From an uncultured virus (IMG/VR IMGVR_UViG_3300030707_000003) (taxonomy: Duplodnaviria; Heunggongvirae; Uroviricota; Caudoviricetes): a stretch of 20,000 nt of DNA. The position numbers were made by a program, and so were the translations under genes. This document shows positions 1-7,442 of the stretch, one piece after another. The notes below the pieces were generated by a model. The model was not told the origin of the DNA, made no database searches, and worked only from the letters and a program-made list of their open reading frames with translations. Location: the IMG/VR virus record IMGVR_UViG_3300030707_000003; one strand, 5' to 3'. Numbering within the stretch: position 1 is the stretch's first letter; every line of letters begins with the position of its first letter.

Positions 1-26
1 GTGGTCATTCCCCGGTCGTCTCCCGG

Positions 27-326
27 TCACGCGGTCCCGTCGAGGACCGCCCTGTACCTGTCGTAGTCCTCGCGCCCCATGCGCGCGAACAGATCATCGG
101 CGTCCGGCGGCGGCGGGATAAGAGGCGCGAGCACCTGGGACAGCACGCCCTCCAGTGCGGTGATGCGGGCCGTGATGGCATCCCCGTAGGCAGTGACCGC
201 AGCCCGCATCGCGGAGACTGTCACCACGTCGGTGCCGGAAAGCAGGGCCTCGATCCGGCCGGCGGCCCTGGCGACCGGGTCCGGCTCGGTCCCGCTGCCG
301 TCGCAGTGCGTGCAGGGCCTGGGCAT
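27..326 (-). CDS. Hypothetical protein with N-terminal CxxCxGxG motif
   Basis: GGAGG RBS 6 nt before ATG; CTHCDGSG motif; its stop overlaps a further GGGGA-ATG start running off the left edge. Confidence 0.65.
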   Translation of the reverse strand: MPRPCTHCDGSGTEPDPVARAAGRIEALLSGTDVVTVSAMRAAVTAYGDAITARITALEGVLSQVLAPLIPPPPDADDLFARMGREDYDRYRAVLDGTA

Positions 327-404
327 AAGCGGCCTCCTGGGCGTTGCCCGGTAACTTTACCGGCCCCGGTCTTGGGCGTGACCGTACGCGCCTCCATCAT
401 CACC

Positions 405-656
405 TCATCCCGCTTCCTGCGGCGCCGTGCCGGGGCCGAAGCCGCCGGGCCGGAAGCAGTTCAGGTGACCCTCATCCGGCACCATCTCCTGCGGCCAGGA
501 CATTGAGGCCCAGGCCCTGGCGTAGGCGGCCCGCACCGGGGGCGACTGCGCGGCCCGCTGCGCGCCCTCGGTCCAGAGACCCTCGCCATGCATCGCCAGA
601 TGGTACTCGTCGTAGTCCCGGTCACCCGGGTGGCTCATCACGGGCCGGCTATCCAT
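405..656 (-). CDS. Hypothetical protein (83 aa)
   Basis: GAGGAG RBS directly after the terL stop; normal composition. Confidence 0.6.
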   Translation of the reverse strand: MDSRPVMSHPGDRDYDEYHLAMHGEGLWTEGAQRAAQSPPVRAAYARAWASMSWPQEMVPDEGHLNCFRPGGFGPGTAPQEAG

Positions 657-665
657 CCGCGCTCC

Positions 666-2324
666 TCACCTGATCCTGACCGCCAGCGCCCGGGCGAACG
701 CGGGCGGCAGGCCGCCGCCTGATCCGCCGCCGCTGCGGGCGCAGCGCGGGCAGTCCTCGCCGTGCCCGCCGGCGTACACATGGCCCGCCGCGCACTTCCG
801 GGCATCGGCGGGCAGGTACGCGCTGGCCCAGGACCCGGGCTGCGGCGCGGCGGCCACCGATGCCGTGCGCAGCGGCCCGCGGACGGCCTCGGGGGCCTCG
901 GGGGCCTCGGGGTTCGGGGCGGCGCACCAGATGCAGGCCTGGCGGGCCGCGAGGTACACCTTCCCGCACGCCTGGCAGGACCGGGTCTTCCCGCAGTAGT
1001 CCTTCCACGACGACGACGGGCGGGACAGCAGCCACTCCGCCGCGTACATGATCGCGGTCACCCGGTCGAAGTGGCCCAGGCTGGAGCCGTCCTGGCGCAG
1101 CGTCACCACGCCCGGCGTGGACCCCTCCGCGAGCCGCAGCGACAGGAACTCCCGGCGCAGCATGTCATCGTCGGGGATCTCGATCGCCCGGTCCCGGATC
1201 AGCCGCATCAGGATCTGGGCGCGCCTGCTGGACGCGCCGGCCCCCAGTCTCACCTCCCGGATGTTCCAGCCCCCGGCCGCCATCTCCTGGATCCGGTCAG
1301 CGGCCTGCCACGGGTCCCCGACGATCGGCGCGCCGCCGTACTCCCGTGACAGGGCTCCCGCCGTGCCGAGTACCGCGCCCAGATCCACCTGGCCGCCCCT
1401 CGGCGGCACCCACCCGTACAGCCGGTCGACGATGACGGCCCTGCGCCGGTCGCGGTCCCCGGCGTGCGCGACCGCGACCGCGGAATGGTCCTTCTTCAGG
1501 CCCAGGTCAAACGTGACGACGTACTCGGCGCCGTGCTCCGGCGCCAGCATCCCGTCCCGGGTGCACGCGGCGAGCGCGGCGTCGTCGGCGAGGGCGTCAT
1601 CGGCGGCGGCCCACCGGCACTCGAACAGGCGCAGCCACTGGAACTCCGGCAGCCGCCGCCGCTCGCTGGCGAGTTCGGCCGGGTCCTGCCACGGGGCCGG
1701 GCCGGTGACGATCGACGTCCGCCACAGCGGGTCCTCCAGCGCGTTCTGCCAGAGCCGGTACGACCAGTGCGTGACCGCGCTCGGCGTCGACCCGATCAGC
1801 AGCACCGAGCCGGGGCGCTTGACCATCGAGGTGATCAGCGCGTCGATGAACGTCCAGTCCCGCTCGCTGATCCCGTGGTTGCACACCTCGTCGATGAACA
1901 GCCAGAACGGGGTCTTGCCCCACGCGCCCTCCAGCTCGGAGGAGATGACCTCCAGGACCGCGCCGGTGCGCCGGGCGATCACCCGGCGCTGCTGCACCTC
2001 GACGAGGCCGCGCAGGCTGGGGGTCGCGTCGGTGATCGCCTGGATCTTGCGGACCAGCAGCGCCGCCTGGTCCTTGCCCGCCGCCGCCACGTACATCTCG
2101 TCACCAGGGCGCGCCCTGGTGATCATGACCGCGAGGGTCGCGGCGGCGGCGTCCCAGGTCTTGCTGCGCCCGCGCGCGCGCAGCCAGAAGTGCTTGCGCG
2201 GCCCGTCCCCGGGCTCGAGCAGTGCCTCCATGTCGGCCCACTGGTCCCCGGTGGCGCACTCGCCCCAGGTGCGCCCGTTGTCGAGCACCATCCCGGCGAC
2301 CATTTCCAGGGCGCCGTCACCCAT
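666..2324 (-). CDS. terL: Phage terminase large subunit with C-terminal Cys-rich extension
   Basis: Walker A-like RARGRSKT, Walker B WLFIDE, motif III GSTP, 'RLFECRW' linker, RNase H-like nuclease FDLGLKKDHSAVAV ... GDPWQ ... HFDRVTA. Confidence 0.9.
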   Translation of the reverse strand: MGDGALEMVAGMVLDNGRTWGECATGDQWADMEALLEPGDGPRKHFWLRARGRSKTWDAAAATLAVMITRARPGDEMYVAAAGKDQAALLVRKIQAITDATPSLRGLVEVQQRRVIARRTGAVLEVISSELEGAWGKTPFWLFIDEVCNHGISERDWTFIDALITSMVKRPGSVLLIGSTPSAVTHWSYRLWQNALEDPLWRTSIVTGPAPWQDPAELASERRRLPEFQWLRLFECRWAAADDALADDAALAACTRDGMLAPEHGAEYVVTFDLGLKKDHSAVAVAHAGDRDRRRAVIVDRLYGWVPPRGGQVDLGAVLGTAGALSREYGGAPIVGDPWQAADRIQEMAAGGWNIREVRLGAGASSRRAQILMRLIRDRAIEIPDDDMLRREFLSLRLAEGSTPGVVTLRQDGSSLGHFDRVTAIMYAAEWLLSRPSSSWKDYCGKTRSCQACGKVYLAARQACIWCAAPNPEAPEAPEAVRGPLRTASVAAAPQPGSWASAYLPADARKCAAGHVYAGGHGEDCPRCARSGGGSGGGLPPAFARALAVRIR

Positions 2325-2877
2325 CTGCGGGGACCGCCTTCAGTGCCCGGCGCCGGGCGACGATCTCCGCGCCGGCTGCGATGTGCGCGCCGAGCGCCGC
2401 GTCCTCGGCCTTGCGGGTCAGCCCCAGGTCGTCCATCAGCTTCGCGTACGACGCCGGGTCCAGGCCGAGTGCCTTGCGCGCCTGGTCGGCGCCGCGCTCG
2501 GCGATCCGCCACGTCTCGATCAGCGCCTTGGTGCCGGGCATGGGCGGGAGCATCATCGCGGCGATGCTGCCCTGGACGGACATCAGCTCATCCATCCAGG
2601 CGTAGATCACATCGGTGATCACCTCGGCCCGGGCCCACGCCTGCAGCGCCCTGGCGTACATGGGGTGGCGGAGGTAGTCGGGGTAGTCGCCGCTTCGCAG
2701 CACGTCCCGGATGAACCGGGCCGTGCGCTCCTCGATCAGCCACCCGGCCGGGTAGTACGCGTCCCGCTTGCCGGACTTCTTCTTCCCGACCGGGACGCCC
2801 TGCAGCGGGGTCGCTCCGTCTTTCGCGTCACGCGGGATGTTCGGGCGTCTTCCGGCCACACGGCTCCCCTCTGGCAT
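2317..2877 (-). CDS. Probable terminase small subunit (start may be GTG at 2859)
   Basis: Directly upstream of terL and overlapping it by 8 nt; about 180 aa helical protein with ALGLDPASYAKL, resembling the LGLxP motif of P27-type TerS. Confidence 0.65.
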   Translation of the reverse strand: MPEGSRVAGRRPNIPRDAKDGATPLQGVPVGKKKSGKRDAYYPAGWLIEERTARFIRDVLRSGDYPDYLRHPMYARALQAWARAEVITDVIYAWMDELMSVQGSIAAMMLPPMPGTKALIETWRIAERGADQARKALGLDPASYAKLMDDLGLTRKAEDAALGAHIAAGAEIVARRRALKAVPADG

Positions 2878-2892
2878 GGGATGATGGGAACC

Positions 2893-3105
2893 ATGGGATC
2901 AACGAGCATCACCGTGGATCAGGACACGGCGATGGAGCTGCGGCAGATCAAGAACGACATGTCCCGGGCGGCGGGGCGGGTGGTGCCGCTGCCAGCGGTG
3001 ATCATGACGCTGATCGCCTGCTGGCGGGAGCGGCAGCCGCGAGATCACGTCGCTGCGGTGATGGCCATGACAGACAGGGAGCTGAGCCGTGGCCGGCACG
3101 GGTGA
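2893..3105 (+). CDS. Putative ribbon-helix-helix-like DNA-binding protein
   Basis: Real 3' part of shadow ORF 1048..3105: MGSTSITVDQDTAMELRQIK...LPAVIMTLI fits a beta-strand/helix/helix pattern; alternative ATGs at 2881 and 2884. Confidence 0.55.
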   Translation: MGSTSITVDQDTAMELRQIKNDMSRAAGRVVPLPAVIMTLIACWRERQPRDHVAAVMAMTDRELSRGRHG

Positions 3106-3126
3106 TGACCCGGTGAGCGATCACCG

Positions 3127-3318
3127 GTGCTGGGCGTGCGCGATGAGCGAATGGCTCGGGAGGCCGCCGGCCCGTTTCGGGTCACGGGCGGCGATCTGGG
3201 CCTTGCTCTGCGCCGGTTTCTCGCTGGGCTGCGCGACAACCTGGACCTGTGCGTCCAGTCGATGACGCGTGTCCCCGTCCGGGCCGTGACGCTGACCGGG
3301 GAGGATGAGACGCCGTGA
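3127..3318 (+). CDS. Hypothetical protein; start uncertain
   Basis: Fills the gap and ends in a GTGA overlap with the next gene; a competing frame exists in the 5' half. Confidence 0.35.
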   Translation: MLGVRDERMAREAAGPFRVTGGDLGLALRRFLAGLRDNLDLCVQSMTRVPVRAVTLTGEDETP

Positions 3319-3578
3319 GCGACATCTGCATCGTGATCACCGAGGACCGGCACGCTGACACGGAGGTCACGCCGTTCGCCGGCGAGGCGGAGGCGCTCGC
3401 GTTCGCGGAGCAGCAGGCTCAGGACGGCGCGCCTGATCCTGAGTCGATCACCGCTGAGGACCGCGAGCTGACCGATGGCATGAGAGCGGACGGCTGGCTC
3501 TGGTACTGCCGCTACAGCGGCGAGGGCGACAGCGTGCGGGTGGTCCGCCGCGAGCTGCGCGGGACGGCGGCGCCGTGA
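3315..3578 (+). CDS. Hypothetical acidic phage protein
   Basis: GGAGG RBS, GTGA coupling at both ends, high GC3. Confidence 0.75.
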   Translation: MSDICIVITEDRHADTEVTPFAGEAEALAFAEQQAQDGAPDPESITAEDRELTDGMRADGWLWYCRYSGEGDSVRVVRRELRGTAAP

Positions 3579-3775
3579 AGATCCTGTGGCACTCCATCCC
3601 GCCGAAGTGGGAGTTCACGCCCTACGGGAAATCGATCCCGGAGCCGAACCTGTCCTGCCAGTCGCACGGGCTGATGATGCCGATGCCGGACTGGGGCGGA
3701 CGCTGCTGGTACTGCGCCTTCGATGAGGCGAAGGAGCGGCTGGCGGAGTTCCCGCTGCGGGAGGACGAGACGTGA
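3575..3775 (+). CDS. Hypothetical protein with CxxH...CxxC
   Basis: GTGA coupling at both ends; high GC3. Confidence 0.7.
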   Translation: MKILWHSIPPKWEFTPYGKSIPEPNLSCQSHGLMMPMPDWGGRCWYCAFDEAKERLAEFPLREDET

Positions 3776-4293
3776 GCGACCTGGCAGCTTTCGCAGCCGC
3801 CCGGCTGGATGAGCGCCAGAAGATGGCAGGCGAGCCGCGCACCTGGAAGGTAGCCCACCACGACTGCCGCGAGCCCCAGTGGGACCCCTGCACGGAGGAC
3901 CCGTGCTCTTACGCCGCCGAGTGCGCTGAGGGCAGCTGCGGTCACCGCGTCATCGAGGGCAGCGACGGCATGACGATCTACGACGAGGGCGGTCACACGG
4001 AGGCGGAGGCCGCGCTGATCGCCGCGCACGACCCGGCCTGGGTGCTCCGTGACGTGGCGGCGAAGCGGGCGATCCTGGACCTCTACGCCAGGACGGAGGC
4101 TGCCAGGGACGAGTGCGAGGCGAGGATCCGGGCTGCCGCCAGCGCGCCCGCGGGCACCGTGCTGTCACCCGCCTGGGCGCGCGACCACGTGGACGCGGAA
4201 CGGGAACTGCGCGCGCTTGAGCCTGTGGTTCTCGCTCTCGCCGCCATCGACAGTGATCACGCTGACTACGACCCGGGATGGGCGGTCCCGTGA
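3772..4293 (+). CDS. DUF6221-family-like actinobacterial phage protein
   Basis: MSDLAAFAAARLDE ... IAAHDPAWVLRDVAAKRAIL ... LAAIDSDHADYDPGW matches the pattern I recall for DUF6221. Confidence 0.8.
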   Translation: MSDLAAFAAARLDERQKMAGEPRTWKVAHHDCREPQWDPCTEDPCSYAAECAEGSCGHRVIEGSDGMTIYDEGGHTEAEAALIAAHDPAWVLRDVAAKRAILDLYARTEAARDECEARIRAAASAPAGTVLSPAWARDHVDAERELRALEPVVLALAAIDSDHADYDPGWAVP

Positions 4294-4296
4294 GCG

Positions 4297-4449
4297 GTGG
4301 CTGACCTGATCGTGGCGGTCTCGTTCCTGGTGACCCTGGCCTGCGGGATCGCTGCCGCGGCCGCGCGGGACCCGTGGTGGCTGGCGGGCATGGCCACCGG
4401 GTTCATCGCGCTGCCCGCCTGCCGTAACCACATCACCAGAGGTCCCTGA
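4297..4449 (+). CDS. Small two-TM membrane protein (50 aa; not in ORF track)
   Basis: Hand translation MADLIVAVSFLVTLACGIAAAAARDPWWLAGMATGFIALPACRNHITRGP; starts 3 nt after the previous stop; high GC3. Confidence 0.6.
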   Translation: MADLIVAVSFLVTLACGIAAAAARDPWWLAGMATGFIALPACRNHITRGP

Positions 4450-4466
4450 CGTGCGATAATGGGCAG

Positions 4467-4826
4467 ATGAGCACGAGGGCCGGGCGCCAGGAACTGCCTG
4501 CCGCTGACCGGGAGCGGCGCCGGGCGGCACGCGCCGGCAGCGACCGGCAGGCACGCGAGCGCATCCTGTCCGGGATCGTGCCGGGCGACCTGGCCGGCTA
4601 CGTGGTGATCCGCGAGACCTGGCCGCACATCGCGTCCGCTCACGGAGGCCATCGTGCGCCCCGCAGCTCGCTGGTGACGGATCGCGCTGAGGCGGAGAGC
4701 GCCGCCGCCCGCGCCCAGGCCCATGCCGACATCGACGCGGACGAGGCTGACTGCACGACCGTGTACTGGGTCGCCGAGGTCCGCAGGGCAGCCCCGCGTC
4801 CCGTCAGCGGGGAAGAGGACCGGTGA
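4467..4826 (+). CDS. Hypothetical protein
   Basis: High GC3; GTGA-coupled to the next gene; possible leaderless -10 (GATAAT) upstream. Confidence 0.65.
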   Translation: MSTRAGRQELPAADRERRRAARAGSDRQARERILSGIVPGDLAGYVVIRETWPHIASAHGGHRAPRSSLVTDRAEAESAAARAQAHADIDADEADCTTVYWVAEVRRAAPRPVSGEEDR

Positions 4827-5098
4827 GCGCGGCGAACGACGCTTACAACGACGAGGCCAGGGTCGCCGGCCGGGTTCACGCCGAAGCGTGCGAGGCAGCG
4901 CGGATCGCCTTCTACGACTCGATCGCGCCCCAGCGGGCCGTCTACGAGGCGGCGGCCAGGGCGGCGGGGGAAGCGCACCCGGCGGCTATCGCACAGGCGC
5001 GCGACGGCCGCGCCGCGGCGGCGCGGCCGGCCTTCGAGTGGGACGACACGACTCACAGGCTTGTCCCGGCCCGCTCCGGGGATACGGTGACACCGTGA
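4823..5098 (+). CDS. Hypothetical Ala-rich protein
   Basis: GAGGA RBS; GTGA coupling at both ends. Confidence 0.65.
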   Translation: MSAANDAYNDEARVAGRVHAEACEAARIAFYDSIAPQRAVYEAAARAAGEAHPAAIAQARDGRAAAARPAFEWDDTTHRLVPARSGDTVTP

Positions 5099-5250
5099 GC
5101 AGGCCGGACCGGATCATGTTCAGCACTGCGGCGGCAGGATCGGGCTGCGCAGCCGGATTCGCACAGGGCGCGGGACTCCCGGCAGCCGCGGTCATCTGCT
5201 TCAGTGTCATGGCCGCCGGCTTCCTGCTCCTGATCGCCCTGCCGCGTTAG
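5095..5250 (+). CDS. Small membrane protein (51 aa)
   Basis: 3' end of ORF 4723..5250 from the coupled GTG; hydrophobic AAAVICFSVMAAGFLLLIALP. Confidence 0.55.
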   Translation: MSRPDRIMFSTAAAGSGCAAGFAQGAGLPAAAVICFSVMAAGFLLLIALPR

Positions 5251-5526
5251 GCCCCGCAGATTTCCCGGTGCCCTGTCATGCCGCGCACGCAGGCCCGTCC
5301 AGCCACGACCCGCAGGCTCCGCACCAGAACCGCCCCGAGCACGGACGCGGCAGCGCCCTCACCGCGGACGGCTTCGCCCCGGGCGGCGACGGGACCGGGA
5401 CCATCGGGTGAGCGTGCGGGTGCGGCGCGTGAGCACCCGCATTCGCGCAGCAGGACGGGCCGCAGTACCTCGCGCCGGGCATGGCCACCGGATCGCCGCA
5501 GGCGGCGCACAGGCGGGCGCTTCCGC

Positions 5527-5802
5527 TCACAGCCACTCCCCGCACGCCGTGCACCGGCCGTCGCTGATCGCCTCAGCCGGGTGCGGGCACCTCGGCGCGG
5601 CGCTTCCCGCAGCCTCAAGATCGTCGCGGAGTCCGGCGCTCTCCCTGATGGCCGCGTCCAGCGATGTCCGCAGGCGCCCGTTCTCAGCCGACAGCCGCGA
5701 CACGTCAGCCTCAAGATCCGCGATCCGCTCACGATCAGCGGTGCGCTCCTCCCGCTGGCGCTCCCGCCACGCCGCCTGGTACTGGGCGTTCGTCCTCGGC
5801 AT
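5527..5802 (-). CDS. Small basic/coiled-coil protein with C-terminal CxH...CxxC; possible DNA-binding protein
   Basis: MPRTNAQYQAAWRERQR basic helix, heptad IADLEADVSRLSAENGRL, CPH...CTACG; leaderless promoter upstream. Confidence 0.7.
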   Translation of the reverse strand: MPRTNAQYQAAWRERQREERTADRERIADLEADVSRLSAENGRLRTSLDAAIRESAGLRDDLEAAGSAAPRCPHPAEAISDGRCTACGEWL

Positions 5803-5902
5803 AAGCCCAGCGTAACACTGCCTAACGTAAGGAGCGGCCGGACCGGGGCGAAACTAACGTAAGGACAGGCCCGGAACGGCGCCGCGGGCCCTGATCCTTA
5901 CG
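5803..5902 (-). promoter_or_regulatory. Extended -10 (TGtTACGCT) leaderless promoter with repeated CTAACGTAAGGA boxes
   Basis: Minus strand reads TGT-TACGCT-gggctt-ATG; 12-bp direct repeats at 5822-5833 and 5854-5865; inverted 8-bp copy at 5895-5902. Confidence 0.6.
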
Positions 5903-6203
5903 AAACATCGTTCTCCGGCCCCGGCAGGACCACCGGCCGCGACGGCAGGTCCCCCGGCGGCCCCGTGATCACCCCCTCCCGCGCCAGCGCCCACACATCC
6001 GCCGCGAACCGGTCAGCCACGGCCCTCAGCGGGTCAGGAGGCGCGCCCTCCACCGACGCCCAGTACGCGTCCACCCCCCACTCCACCACCGCCGCCAGCT
6101 GCTGCCCCGACGCCTTCCAGCGGGCATACACCCGCCACGGCAGCTTCACCGACGTGTGCACTGACCTGGGCACGCCCGTCTCCCGGCAGAACAGAAGGGA
6201 CAA
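5898..6203 (-). CDS. Hypothetical protein, possibly RHH-like
   Basis: GGAGGTGA RBS before TTG; SVHTSVKLP-helix-helix pattern. Confidence 0.6.
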   Translation of the reverse strand: MSLLFCRETGVPRSVHTSVKLPWRVYARWKASGQQLAAVVEWGVDAYWASVEGAPPDPLRAVADRFAADVWALAREGVITGPPGDLPSRPVVLPGPENDVS

Positions 6204-6475
6204 AACGGACTCACCTCCCGGAACACGGGAAATATGCAGGGCGGGTAGTCGGGGTCAGGGACGGCCGGTCACCGTCTCAGCGATCACCCGGGCGCGGCGC
6301 GCGTCATCCGCGGGCGTCATCCCATCCCCCGCGTGCGCGCTGCCTGCCATCCCTCACGTATCCCATGGTCTGGACTTGCCCGCGCTGCCCGCTCGCGCGG
6401 TGCCGTGACCTGGGGCGATGCGCGCTGCCTGCCCTGGCATGCTCCGTGGTCTGGAGTACAGATCAGAGCACGGGG

Positions 6476-6505
6476 TTGACGCTGCTTCCACGTTGGGTAT
6501 ACCAT
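6476..6505 (+). promoter_or_regulatory. Sigma-A/HrdB-type promoter
   Basis: TTGACG (6476-6481), 18 nt, TACCAT (6500-6505) at the head of the plus-strand array. Confidence 0.7.
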
Positions 6506-6547
6506 GAGTGCATGATGACGGACAGCAAGCCAGGAGGCGGTCCCGGG

Positions 6548-6755
6548 ATGAGCAGCCAGGATGCAAGTTGCAGTGCAGATTCTAGCGGCATTGCGGAGAC
6601 GTACGGCCAGCTGGTCGCGCGGTATGACCGGCTCATCGGGGCGCTGCAGCGTGACGGCAGGCAGGTGCCGAAGGCTAAGCGGTTCGCTTGCCATGCGGAG
6701 GCTGCTTGACGAGCGGAACGCCGCCATCGGGCGGATGTTCCCGGACCAGATCTAG
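6548..6755 (+). pseudogene. Small gene, probably frameshifted near 6683 (or an intact 53-aa ORF 6548..6709)
   Basis: AGGAGG RBS at 6532-6537; the high-GC3 frame switches at AAGCGG-T-TCGCTT; removing one T gives ...KAKRSLAMRRLLDERNAAIGRMFPDQI*. Confidence 0.35.
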
Positions 6756-6768
6756 CCAGGAGGATTCG

Positions 6769-7116
6769 ATGACCAGGACAGAGGCGATGGACCTGACGGC
6801 GCAGACCTGGGACGGCAGGCCGCCATGGGTGCGGGCATGCTCGCTTCCCGGGTGCGTGATTACCTCGGATCACCAGCACGGGACGCAGCGCGAGGCCGCG
6901 GCTGATGAGCCGGCGCAGTGGGCCCGGCAGTACACCGCGGGATACGAGCACGGCCGCAGTGACGCGAGGTTCTGCCGTGACCCGCGCGAGGGCGCGCTGG
7001 CCGCGATTCCGGCTGAGCTGCCTTTCGAGACCGGCGCTCAGTACGTGGCGCGTCATCTGCCGGTGGCGTGGCGGATCGGCTACACGCGGGCATGGGAGTT
7101 CTATTCCGCGCGGTAG
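6769..7116 (+). CDS. Hypothetical protein (115 aa, starts MTRTEA)
   Basis: CTAGCCAGGAGG motif/RBS directly upstream of ATG 6769. Confidence 0.75.
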   Translation: MTRTEAMDLTAQTWDGRPPWVRACSLPGCVITSDHQHGTQREAAADEPAQWARQYTAGYEHGRSDARFCRDPREGALAAIPAELPFETGAQYVARHLPVAWRIGYTRAWEFYSAR

Positions 7117-7126
7117 CGAGGCAGGA

Positions 7127-7168
7127 GCCTGACCGGCAGGCACCGCGGTCCGAGCCCGCGGCAGGCAC
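7127..7168 (+). other. tRNA-like (acceptor + T-arm) intergenic structure
   Basis: GCCTG/CAGGC outer stem stacked on CCGCGG-TCCGAGC-CCGCGG hairpin with a 7-nt T-loop-like loop. Confidence 0.5.
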
Positions 7169-7200
7169 GGGAAATACTCACCTAGCCAGGAAGGTGCGAG

Positions 7201-7434
7201 ATGACGACTAGAGAAGTGATGAGCGCCAGCTACGGGATGCCGACCATGGTCGGGGCACCGCAGATCCGCAAGGGATACCGCGTGTACCCCGAGACGGACG
7301 CCGGCGCGGCGGATGCGCCAGGCGTGGTCACTGAGATGAGCCGCGACGGCGTCGTCGTCAGGCTGACGCTCGCAGACGGCCGGATGCTGCACTACGGCTA
7401 CGGCGACCGCGTCTTCGCGTCGACTCCCTTCTAG
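7201..7434 (+). CDS. Hypothetical protein, small beta-rich (SH3-like pattern)
   Basis: Motif/RBS upstream; IRKGYRV...GVVTEM...VVVRLTL pattern. Confidence 0.75.
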   Translation: MTTREVMSASYGMPTMVGAPQIRKGYRVYPETDAGAADAPGVVTEMSRDGVVVRLTLADGRMLHYGYGDRVFASTPF

Positions 7435-7442
7435 CACCACTG

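Noticed and set aside
1048..2880. 685-aa plus-strand ORF and 384-aa ORF 1464..2618
   Set aside because: Antisense shadows of terL/terS typical of high-GC DNA; only the last 70 codons of the long ORF look real.
5247..5554. Cys-rich minus-strand ORFs 5276..5554 and 5247..5732
   Set aside because: Could be a real small zinc-finger gene coupled to 5527..5802, but frame and start cannot be resolved by eye.
7127..7168. Bona fide tRNA gene
   Set aside because: Only about 42 nt with no D or anticodon arm; kept as a tRNA-like element only.
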